Assembly: GCA_020428615.1 (NCBI GenBank)
Contig: JAGQMO010000011.1
Coordinates: forward strand, 1 to 29,765
DNA length: 29,765 nt
Direction: 5' to 3'
From: Patescibacteria group bacterium
GTDB lineage: Bacteria > Patescibacteriota > Minisyncoccia > Phycocordibacterales > UBA1006
Part shown: positions 1-8,800 of the stretch, one piece after another
Numbering within the stretch: the first letter of the stretch is position 1
Layout of the letters: each line of letters starts with the position of its first letter
The notes under the pieces: generated by a model
Database searches by the model: none
The model's input: the letters and a program-made list of their open reading frames with translations, nothing else
Told to the model about the DNA's origin: nothing
Made by a program: the position numbers and the translations under genes

Positions 1-1
1 G

Positions 2-74
2 TCCCCCCGGAAGGGCTCGAACCTTCGACCGTCAGCTTAAAAGGCTGCTGCTCTACCGACTGAGCTACAGGGGG
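2..74 (-). tRNA. tRNA-Lys(UUU)
   Basis: Reverse complement folds as a cloverleaf: acceptor CCCCCTG/CGGGGGG, D-arm GCTC/GAGC, anticodon loop CTTTTAA (TTT), T-arm GAAGG-TTCGAGC-CCTTC, discriminator A at position 2. Any CCA runs off the window edge. Confidence 0.95.
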
Positions 75-113
75 AGTATGTATCTAAATAAAAACGTCCT
101 TTAGGACAAAGCC

Positions 114-142
114 ACTATAGGAAAAAAGGTTTTGAAAGTCAA
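114..142 (-). promoter_or_regulatory. sigma70 promoter for tRNA-Lys
   Basis: Minus strand TTGACT (137-142) - N17 - TATAGT (114-119), about 40 nt upstream of the tRNA. Confidence 0.7.
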
Positions 143-187
143 TGAATCCTAGTAATGTGTGAACGCAATGTGGTACGATTACGATGT

Positions 188-1153
188 ATGATATTATTCT
201 GGATTATTATTTTTGCAGTGAGTCTCTTTGGACTCATCAAATCAGCTGATTACTTCACCGAATATAGCGAGAAAATTGGTTTAGCACTCGGTATGAGTTC
301 ATTTATTGTTGGTGCAACCATTGTGGCAATTGGAACCTCGTTGCCTGAACTCGTCTCTTCCCTCTTTGCACTCGGGGCAGGCACCACTGAATTCGTAGCC
401 GACAATATTATCGGTTCAAATATTGCGAATGCCCTCTTGATCTTGGGAATTGCGGGTGTGGTTGCAAAAAAGGGATTAAAAATAAACACGTCTCTCATTG
501 ATGTTGATTTGCCATTTTTCTTCATGTCGATGGCAGTATTTGGATACTTTGCGCTTGATAAAACCATATCGCTCGTAGAAGGAGTTGCTTTGTTGGCATT
601 TTTCCTCGTCTTCATCATGTACAGTATCAAATCAGAACCCGGAGCAAACGACAAAGATGAAATGGCGGACATTACCAAACACAACAAAAACGGAAAACAC
701 TCCAAACACATGGTCAAATATATCGGTATTATTCTGGTGAGCGTTGCGGTGCTTGCCCTGTCGGCAAAGTACCTCATTGACAGTATTCTCTCTCTCTCTG
801 AATTGTTGAAAATCTCTTCTTCAACACTTACTATAACAGTCGTTGCGTTTGGGACTTCGTTACCTGAGATTCTCACCTCAATTGCAGCTGTGAAACGAGG
901 AAATCACGGTATGGCCATTGGAAACGTATTGGGCTCGAATACCTTTAACGTTCTCCTTATCGCGGGACTACCAGCAGTCATCAAACCACTCGCAATCGAT
1001 CCAACAACATTCGTCATTGGTCTTCCATTTCTTGTCATGGCAACGTTCATTGCTATCTTCGTTATGTTCGACAACCACATTAGACGTTGGGAAGGTGTTG
1101 CTATGCTGTTCTTCTATGCCGTATTTATTGGAAAGATCGTTGGCCTCATGTAA
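188..1153 (+). CDS. Calcium/sodium:proton antiporter, CaCA/YrbG family (321 aa)
   Basis: Two alpha-repeat motifs (GTSLPEL...GSNIAN and GTSLPEI...GSNTFN) and about 10 TM segments. Start moved to ATG 188 (MILFWII), which follows TG-G-TACGAT-N8. Confidence 0.9.
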   Translation: MILFWIIIFAVSLFGLIKSADYFTEYSEKIGLALGMSSFIVGATIVAIGTSLPELVSSLFALGAGTTEFVADNIIGSNIANALLILGIAGVVAKKGLKINTSLIDVDLPFFFMSMAVFGYFALDKTISLVEGVALLAFFLVFIMYSIKSEPGANDKDEMADITKHNKNGKHSKHMVKYIGIILVSVAVLALSAKYLIDSILSLSELLKISSSTLTITVVAFGTSLPEILTSIAAVKRGNHGMAIGNVLGSNTFNVLLIAGLPAVIKPLAIDPTTFVIGLPFLVMATFIAIFVMFDNHIRRWEGVAMLFFYAVFIGKIVGLM

Positions 1154-1180
1154 AAACCATTCTTAAACGAATGGTTTTTA
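1151..1180. terminator. Bidirectional intrinsic terminator between convergent genes
   Basis: Inverted repeat TAAAAACCATTC / GAATGGTTTTTA overlapping both stop codons. Confidence 0.75.
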
Positions 1181-1855
1181 TAATGAGAGAATAAATTTCT
1201 CAATATCAATATCAAGTGTTGAATACGTATCACGATTATGAAACATGTGTGCGAGTCCTCGTGCCATATTCTGCACTTCAGTTGATGTGAAATGTCTCGC
1301 ATACCCTGAGGTTTTTTTATAGACAAAAGGATTCATACCAGGGTTTGTATTCGAACCGTGAACGAGAGCAAGGTTTTTGATCTGCCAAAACAAAATACCA
1401 TGAATTTCCTCAGGACTGCCGTTTTTGAGTGCTTCCTGAAAAAGGAGCCATAGTTTTTTCTTGTCTCGTGCGCCAAGAGCGTCAGTCAACGAGAACATAT
1501 TGAACGATTCTGTTTTCATTTTCTCCTCTTTGCCAAAGTCTTCTATGATTGCATTTACTTTTTCAAATGCTTTGAGAATGGGTTTAGTGATACTTTCCTC
1601 AGAGAAAACGAACACATTATCGGATTCTGCAAACTCAGCAAGAAAACTTTTCAAATCAAGATTTCGGGCAAGATCGTGAATAACGTACAATTCCTTGTCG
1701 CCAAAGAGCCCCGTTTGTGTTTGAACAATATCGGTGAGCTCGCGATCCGCAATGTCGTTATCGTACACATGCTGAGGAGTAACAGTGTATTGTTTGACGA
1801 GTTGTAGAACGTAGTCTTTGCGATGATCAGATTTTCCCGAGAGGAGGTAGAGCAT
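1178..1855 (-). CDS. holA: DNA polymerase III delta subunit, short CPR-type HolA (225 aa)
   Basis: N-terminal MLYLLSG, a GLFG...LYVI motif, and a C-terminal domain F.L.DA...RDKKK...EE..GIL.WQ...L typical of delta subunits. ATG 1855 follows TATACT-N6. Confidence 0.7.
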   Translation of the reverse strand: MLYLLSGKSDHRKDYVLQLVKQYTVTPQHVYDNDIADRELTDIVQTQTGLFGDKELYVIHDLARNLDLKSFLAEFAESDNVFVFSEESITKPILKAFEKVNAIIEDFGKEEKMKTESFNMFSLTDALGARDKKKLWLLFQEALKNGSPEEIHGILFWQIKNLALVHGSNTNPGMNPFVYKKTSGYARHFTSTEVQNMARGLAHMFHNRDTYSTLDIDIEKFILSL

Positions 1856-1888
1856 ACGTAAAGTATAAAGTGACACGTTACAAGCGTC

Positions 1889-1917
1889 TAGTCCCCCACA
1901 TTCATGTGGCGGGATTA
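1889..1917. repeat. REP-like imperfect GC-rich palindrome
   Basis: TAGTCCC-CCACA ttca TGTGG-C-GGGATTA. It is separate from the terminator at 1935-1963 and resembles the sequence at 11531-11545. Confidence 0.45.
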
Positions 1918-1934
1918 CAAGTTTTGGAAAGAAA

Positions 1935-1963
1935 AAAGGCGGAAAGCAAAGCTTTCCGCCTTT
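1935..1963 (-). terminator. Intrinsic terminator of the 1984-2784 gene
   Basis: 13-bp perfect stem AAAGGCGGAAAGC / GCTTTCCGCCTTT with a T-tract on the minus strand. Confidence 0.8.
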
Positions 1964-1983
1964 GACTCAGCACTATTCATTTT

Positions 1984-2784
1984 TTACGCTATTTCGAGCT
2001 TTTCTTTAGCTTTGCTTGTCTTCTTTCTTGTTGCATGCCACAGTAGTGCCAGACCAAGTCCGGCAACAGCTGGGACAAACAAAACAAAAGTATCAAAAAA
2101 ATACCAAGTAGCTGCCATCGTAAGCAATGATCCAATAAAGAATACACTCTTTACGGTTCTGTATAGAGACGTGGCGTTTAATTTATTCCCAAAGACACCG
2201 ACAGCTAGAGCTAAAATTGGGGCAATACAGCCAAAAATAAGTAACAATTCAAGTCTAATTCTTGTGCTGAACCCGATGTAAAGCAAAAAACCACCAACAG
2301 CCACAAGAAAAAGTCTATGCGAAAGTGCGAAATCCATCTTTCCTTTTCCTCTTTTTACTGCCGCTATCCCCTTACCACATAGCAAATAGTAAAGGAAGGT
2401 AAGCAACATTACCAACCAAGCAACTTTCCAATCATCTTGTGGCAATGAATCAACATGGGTTACAATTCTACCGTGATCACCCAAGCTCTCATCAAATCTG
2501 AGAGTGGTCTCGTGACGAACAGACTGTTGGTACCAATCCTTCAGGATGGTAGTCGTGGAATTGTTCACGATATAGGGCTTTCCGCCTAGTTTGTAAGCAT
2601 TCCAGTTTTCTTCATTCGAGTATTTTTCGTTAAATACCCCAGATGGGATTACTATCGCCCTTGCCAATTGTTCGGTGGTTAGGTAAAGAGTTTCTTCAGT
2701 AATGGTTGGTACAAGTACATCATCGCTGTCAACACACGATACAAACAATAATCCGCAAAACAAAGCAATAAATAATGTTTTCAT
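1984..2784 (-). CDS. Hypothetical lipoprotein with C-terminal multi-TM domain (266 aa)
   Basis: Signal peptide II MKTLFIALFCGLLFVS-C, then a soluble region of about 100 aa and about 5 hydrophobic segments. Has its own promoter and terminator. Confidence 0.75.
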   Translation of the reverse strand: MKTLFIALFCGLLFVSCVDSDDVLVPTITEETLYLTTEQLARAIVIPSGVFNEKYSNEENWNAYKLGGKPYIVNNSTTTILKDWYQQSVRHETTLRFDESLGDHGRIVTHVDSLPQDDWKVAWLVMLLTFLYYLLCGKGIAAVKRGKGKMDFALSHRLFLVAVGGFLLYIGFSTRIRLELLLIFGCIAPILALAVGVFGNKLNATSLYRTVKSVFFIGSLLTMAATWYFFDTFVLFVPAVAGLGLALLWHATRKKTSKAKEKLEIA

Positions 2785-2815
2785 AATTCAGTTATTTAAG
2801 ATTATTCTGCTTTTT

Positions 2816-2843
2816 ATATTATCATATAATTGTATCTTGTAAA
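2816..2843 (-). promoter_or_regulatory. sigma70 promoter with extended -10
   Basis: TTTACA (2838-2843) - N16 - TAATAT (2816-2821), with TG at -15/-14. Confidence 0.55.
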
Positions 2844-2866
2844 TAACGCACCAACCATTATGGACG

Positions 2867-2915
2867 TGGGGCAAATTAAAATAGAGCAATTTCTGCTCTA
2901 TTTTAATTTGCCCCA
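2867..2915. terminator. 22-bp perfect hairpin overlapping the polA 3' end
   Basis: TGGGGCAAATTAAAATAGAGCA / TGCTCTATTTTAATTTGCCCCA with a 5-nt loop. One arm is the last polA codons (WGKLK*). Confidence 0.7.
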
Positions 2916-5279
2916 ATGTTCCCCATGCGAAGAGTGCACAACAAGCGGAACAGGTGAATCGTATTTCAAGTATGAGCTTTTCAATATATCTTCCATGATA
3001 CGCTCAGCGTTTTTTGAGAACTCTTGTACGAAACTATCATTCACCTCGTAGATAATCTCGTCATGAATTTGAAGAATCAGCTTTGCGTCTAGTTTCTTTT
3101 TTTCCTCTTCAAGCCATGCGTTGATGTGTACCATAGCGAGCTTTGTAATATCGGCATTCGTTCCTTGAATTGGAGCATTCAATGCCATGCGTTCCGCCAT
3201 CGCACGAATGAAACCGAGTTTCGAGTTAATATTCTTGAACTGACGCTTTCTACCAAAGAGCGTTTTTGTGAATCCATGTTTGCGTGCATGTTCTTTTGTC
3301 GCTTCAAGGTACGCGGTTGCCTTTGGAAACTGAGTGAAAAATCCGTTGTAGAATTTCTCTGCTTCTGCTCTATCAGTTCCCATTTCACGTTTTACTGAAT
3401 TAATTCCCATGCCGTAGAGAATACCGAAGTTCACAATCTTTGCTTTTCGGCGCATTTCTCGATCAACATCTTTGACCGAAACTCCACCAATGAGAGCAGC
3501 AACTGCCGCGTGAATATCCTCACCATCTTGGAAAATCTTTATCAACGCTTCATCACCTGAGAGCATGGCCAAACACCTGAGCTCAATCTGCGAATAGTCG
3601 AGCGAAACGAGTTTGTGACCTTTTTCCGCAATAAATCCTTCGCGAATTTTTCGTCCGAGATCGGTTCGCGTTGGAATATTCTGCATGTTGGGATTGCGAG
3701 ACGAGAATCGTCCTGTTACGGTTCCGTTTTGCAGAAACTCTGCATGGAGGCGTCCGTCATTCCCCACCATTCCAGGAATATTGTCGATGTATGTTGAGAG
3801 GAGTTTGTCGAGTTCTCGGTACTCAATAATGAGCGGAATGATTTCGTGCTGATCTTCAAGTTTGTTCAGTGTCTTAATATCTGTCGAATACGCGCCTGTT
3901 TTTGATTTCTTAATTCCTTTAGTCGGTAAACCCATGTTTTCAAATAACACTACTGAAAGCTGTTTGGGTGATTTTATATTGAACTCCGATCCTGCGAGCG
4001 TGTGAATCTGCTGTCCGAGTTTATCGAGTTCACGGTGATAATTTTTCGAAAGCTGAGCAAAAAACGGTTGATCAATCATAATCCCATTTTTCTCCATATC
4101 AGCTGTTACGGAGATGAGCGGTTCTTCAATATGTGCAAATACCTGTGCATCCTCAGAATCCTCGTTTAACTGTTGTTCAATGATTTTTGTGGCATCATCC
4201 AATGATGTTGTTTTTGTATACAATAAGATATCTTCGAAGCTTGCGTCTGTTTTGTCTGAATCAATCAGCCACAACTGAATCGCTGTTCTCTTGATGTCCC
4301 CAACATGTACAGGTTCCGATTCTTTCTTTTCTCCTTCAGATGTCTGCACCAATCCAGAGAGACCAAGGGAAAGCTCCAGTCTCTGTGGGAGCGAGCGAAG
4401 TTCGTATTTTTCAAAAATATTCAACGCTTGAGGTGTATCAACAGCATCTTTCCACGAGTGTTCAGGCAATTCAAACACAATCGGCGCATCATGTCGAATG
4501 GTAGCAATCACCTTCGAGAACTCGGCCTCTTCTTTGCCTTCTCTCATCAAATTCACCATGCGTTTGGTCAATCCAATATCAAGGAGCGCCTGGTCGTTCT
4601 TATCAAGCGCAGTGTACATATTCTCAATTGTACCGAACGCCGCAATAGCAAGAGTTGCGGCTTTGTCTCCAATACCCTTGATACCGGGAATGTTATCGGA
4701 CGGATCACCACGGAGTGCCTTGTAGTCAATGATCGACAACGGCGGAAAACCAAATCGTTCAATAACGCTAGATTCATCATACGTAACCGTATCGTTCAAA
4801 CCTCGTTTGAGGGTGTAGACTTGTACTCGTTTTTTATCAACGAGCTGAAGCGTATCCATGTCCCCCGAGGCGATGAGTACTTGGAGTTTTTTATGGTCTT
4901 TTAGTTGAGTTGCAATAGTCCCCAAAATATCATCCGCCTCAAATCCAGGAGCATCATAGATAGGGATCGCAAACGCTTCACAAATATCTCGAGTAGCATC
5001 AAACTGCATAACGAGCGCTTCATCAGTTTCACTGCGACTTCCCTTGTAGTCTTCAAAAGCTTCGTGTCTAAACGTAGCGCCTGGTAAATCATAGCAAGCG
5101 ACAATGTAATCAGGTTGAAACTCATCAATAATTTTTAAGACCATGGTTGCAAAACCGTAAATAGCACCAGTTGGCCTGCCATCGCTCGTTGTAAAGTCAG
5201 GCATAGCGTGATAAGCGCGATGAATGATTGCATGTGCATCAAGCAAAACCAGAAGTTGTTTCTTGGAATCTCGATTCAT
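2898..5279 (-). CDS. polA: DNA polymerase I (793 aa), 5'-3' exonuclease plus polymerase, proofreading domain vestigial
   Basis: LLDAHAIIHRAYHA, EADD and GDPSDNIPGIKGIG (5' nuclease). TGRFSSRNPNMQNIP, DYSQIELR, K..NFGILYG and QIHDE (Pol A motifs). ATG 5279 follows TG-G-TATACT-N6. Confidence 0.97.
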   Translation of the reverse strand: MNRDSKKQLLVLLDAHAIIHRAYHAMPDFTTSDGRPTGAIYGFATMVLKIIDEFQPDYIVACYDLPGATFRHEAFEDYKGSRSETDEALVMQFDATRDICEAFAIPIYDAPGFEADDILGTIATQLKDHKKLQVLIASGDMDTLQLVDKKRVQVYTLKRGLNDTVTYDESSVIERFGFPPLSIIDYKALRGDPSDNIPGIKGIGDKAATLAIAAFGTIENMYTALDKNDQALLDIGLTKRMVNLMREGKEEAEFSKVIATIRHDAPIVFELPEHSWKDAVDTPQALNIFEKYELRSLPQRLELSLGLSGLVQTSEGEKKESEPVHVGDIKRTAIQLWLIDSDKTDASFEDILLYTKTTSLDDATKIIEQQLNEDSEDAQVFAHIEEPLISVTADMEKNGIMIDQPFFAQLSKNYHRELDKLGQQIHTLAGSEFNIKSPKQLSVVLFENMGLPTKGIKKSKTGAYSTDIKTLNKLEDQHEIIPLIIEYRELDKLLSTYIDNIPGMVGNDGRLHAEFLQNGTVTGRFSSRNPNMQNIPTRTDLGRKIREGFIAEKGHKLVSLDYSQIELRCLAMLSGDEALIKIFQDGEDIHAAVAALIGGVSVKDVDREMRRKAKIVNFGILYGMGINSVKREMGTDRAEAEKFYNGFFTQFPKATAYLEATKEHARKHGFTKTLFGRKRQFKNINSKLGFIRAMAERMALNAPIQGTNADITKLAMVHINAWLEEEKKKLDAKLILQIHDEIIYEVNDSFVQEFSKNAERIMEDILKSSYLKYDSPVPLVVHSSHGEHWGKLK

Positions 5280-5320
5280 ACACTCAGTATACCACGCGCA
5301 CAAACGCCAATTGACCCTGT

Positions 5321-5752
5321 TTATATAAAGGAAATTGTTCGCGTATGGTCGCTGTTGAGTTGTAATTTAATACGAAGAACATCTGGCAGTTCAATACCAG
5401 AAACTTTTTCAGGCCATTCAAAACAAATGAGTGTTTCAGGATCGTCAATGATTACATTCCAACCAAGATGTTCGAGGTCTGTTTTGTTTTCAAGTCTGTA
5501 CGCATCAATATGAACGAGACGTCTCACCCACGCATGACTCGAAACAGTATATTCTTTCTGTATAACAAATGTGGGACTAGTAATAGGTTCAATAATACCT
5601 AGTTGTTTGGCAAGTTCTTGAACAAGTGCGGTTTTGCCAACTCCAAGATCCCCTGAGAGCGTAATAATGGTAGCTTGTTTTTTTTGTGGTAACGATAACA
5701 TATTGTCTTGTATCCAAATGGCAAGATCGTTAATGGTGCTGAGAGTCTTCAT
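5321..5752 (-). CDS. tsaE: tRNA t6A biosynthesis ATPase TsaE (143 aa)
   Basis: LSGDLGVGKT, SPTF, HIDAYRL and EWPE motifs. Start placed at MKTL (5752). Confidence 0.95.
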   Translation of the reverse strand: MKTLSTINDLAIWIQDNMLSLPQKKQATIITLSGDLGVGKTALVQELAKQLGIIEPITSPTFVIQKEYTVSSHAWVRRLVHIDAYRLENKTDLEHLGWNVIIDDPETLICFEWPEKVSGIELPDVLRIKLQLNSDHTRTISFI

Positions 5753-5780
5753 AATATTCAAACTATACCTGATGGTATCT

Positions 5781-5815
5781 GAAAACAAAAACAGCTAAAA
5801 GCTGTTTTTGTTTTC
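5781..5815. terminator. Intrinsic terminator after the surface-protein gene
   Basis: 16-bp perfect inverted repeat GAAAACAAAAACAGCT / AGCTGTTTTTGTTTTC, 1 nt after the stop codon. Confidence 0.75.
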
Positions 5816-5816
5816 A

Positions 5817-8800
5817 TTAACCTCGATTAGGTCTATATGGCTCATAGTAATCATCACGATAATTTGTATCTGGGGTTTGAGGTATGTTGTACGATGGTTC
5901 TGGTTCAACATACGCGCGAGGTTCTGGATAATTATTATAATGATATGGCAACGGAGCGTATGGCGCATACCCTGCATATGCTTGAGCCCGCATTTCTTCA
6001 CGTTCAAGGTACAACCAACGCGCTACCAAGAAGATAATAAAGAGTCCGAGAAGAATCACTAACCAACCAAGGAAAGTAATGTTCGCGAGTCCAAAGACAG
6101 AAGCGGTTACACCAGCAACTTGAACTCCGTAACCATCAACGTCCCAATCAATAGCATTTTCTTGGGCGTCATTGACTGGATTATCATACGCAATTTCTGC
6201 CTGTGCAGTAACGAGGTTACCGATGGTTCCTCGTCCAACAATTCCATCAACCGTAAGGAATCCGTCTTCTCCCGCCTCAAGTTCATCAATAGTAAAGTAA
6301 ATGGTATTGCTGTCTTGATCAAATCGTCCTCGAGAAATATCGGTTACCTCAATTTCTGGAGGCATTACCACCTTGAGATCAAGATCAAAGAGATCAAGGT
6401 CATTGGTAATATTTTCCCATTCAACAACATATTCCACCGATTGACCTCGAGATACGACTTCTTCTTGGTCATCAATTTCAAGACGAACGAGTGAGAGTCC
6501 GAGTCCGAGAGTTGAAAGATCAATCTCAGTATTATCATCAATCACAACAACTGGAGGAGGTGTTGGTCCGCCTGTTGAAGGGGGGGTGTTGAAACACCGC
6601 ACCGCTCCAGTATCAGTTCCATACGGAGTTTGAATGACCGCTTGGATACAATACTGCGTGTTTGATGCAAGATTAGTGAAATTGTGAACACAATTACCAT
6701 AACCGCTCACGCTATATGTTCGTGTTTGTCGTCCAAGAGAAGATGTTCTTCCGTAGTTAAACCAACAGGTACCGGAAGGTGCGTTGGTAACGTAGGTACC
6801 ATTGAGGGTAGCGCTATTCGAACGAATATTTGTTGGATTGTCAGTCGTAATAACTGGTTGTCCAATTGGAACATCAGTACCAAGTGTTCTGAACGAACGT
6901 GTTGGCGCACATCCTTCCGGAGTACATGCACGGTAGAGGTATGAGGTGTTCCCGGTCAATCCACTCACTCGTTCACAAAATGAAGTTGCGTGTCGCTGAC
7001 GAATTGGAGTACTGGTGTAAAAACTCTGATTTGCATTTCGGAATTCAATCCATGTTTGAACTGAATCTCCCCCATCTTCAACGAGGGTTCCACACATCTC
7101 AGCAGTGGTTTGGGTAATATTTCGAGGAGCATCAGTTTCAATTTCAATATTATTATTTTCGTTAAGCTCAAAATCTTCTCTATTTCCCTCTATTATATCT
7201 CCATCATTATTAATGGCACACGCCCTATAGTAATAACGTTCATTTTCATTAAAACTGTCTGCATCAATATCGAGATCAAAATCTTCATCATTATCTACTT
7301 CATCAACGATAAGAGGGAAATCATCTTCACAAGAAACACCTGTTGAATCATCGAGTACAAAGTACACCCAGTATGTTTCATCAACATTGGTAATCTCTCC
7401 GCGAAGTGTCACTTCGTTATCATTAACGTGGGGGGATTTTGTTTCAACATCCGCATTGGCATTACCTCCATTATTATCAGTAGTAAACTCCTCGCGCAAT
7501 CCTGAAACAACTTGACCATTGAGGTCTTGCGCACACGCTTTGTAATAGTACGTTCTATTTGGTGTTAGCTGTCCGTTTCCAAATTCATATTCAAAATTAT
7601 CTCCACCCTCAAGAAGAATACCAAAATCTTCTGGGAAAGTAGGTGTGTCGGTAGAACAGTTGAGCGATAGGTTCTCTTCTTTCCATACAAAATATGGATA
7701 AGTTGTTTGACCCGCAATTACTCGTCCTCGAATAGTCGCGGTATTTTCAGACACGTTGGTTGCAGTACGTGTTTCAATAATGAGATCATCATTACCTCCA
7801 CACGACTCCTGTGTTGGTGGTTTTGGTTCAACATTTGCAATACAAAATTGGTCTGCAACTTGGTGATCACTTGAATCACGACATACAACCGTACGTGTTC
7901 GTATACCATTGAAACACTGTGTCCATTCACCAACATCCCAGTAGTAACCCACATTAACATTCAAAGTTGTAAATTGAACGGGTGAACCCTGGGCTGATTG
8001 TCCAGGTACAGAGGCACATGCTCTATACCAATAGGTAGTATTAGAACTCAATCCTGTTTTCGTCTTACTAAAAGGTTGAAACGGATTATAAGTACCAGAA
8101 ACAGACACTGAAGGAGAGGTGTTACAATTTGGATTGCTGTTTGTTGCATATACGAACCATACACTCGCATTGCTTCCTGAGGTTAACTGACCATTGAACA
8201 CCGCTGAGTTTTCAGTCACCGTACCTACGCTGAGTGTTTGCACTGCGAGGTTTGGGGTTGATGATTGGGTAGTAAATTGAACTGGATTACCATGAGCTGA
8301 TTGTCCGTTTTGAGTTGCACACGCTTGATACCAATAGGTAGTATTTGAGGAAAGTCCTGATTTTGTTTTGGTGAACGTTTCATTCACATTCACATTTCCA
8401 ACAGAAATCGAAGGAGAGGTATTACAGTTAAGATTGCTGTTTGTCCCGTATACAAACCACGCATTGGCTGTAGTGTTTGCTCCTTCAGTAACCTTTCCTC
8501 TGAACACCGCTGAATTCTCGGTTACCGTACCTACGCTGAGCGTTTGCACCGCGAGGTTTGGGGTTGGGGTCGTATCAATAACACGGAATCGTGCAAACAC
8601 GTATCCTTGGTCACACCAACCATCTCCCCAATCATGGAGATTTCCAATTGTGGTGTATCCGGGATTAGAGAATGAAAACTGCCATGGCCATGTTCCTGGA
8701 TATACGTTGGAACATGAAGTCCCTGAATTTGTATAGTGTTCTTCAACACGCACAAAACCACTCACAAATTCAATTTGCCAGTTGTTTGGAAGATTGGTTA

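Noticed and set aside
1-74. tRNA-Lys as an integration site, and its C1:G72 first pair and G27:A43 mismatch
   Set aside because: The 3' end lies at the window edge, so no att duplication can be assessed, and no integrase is seen. The pairing variants do not disrupt the cloverleaf.
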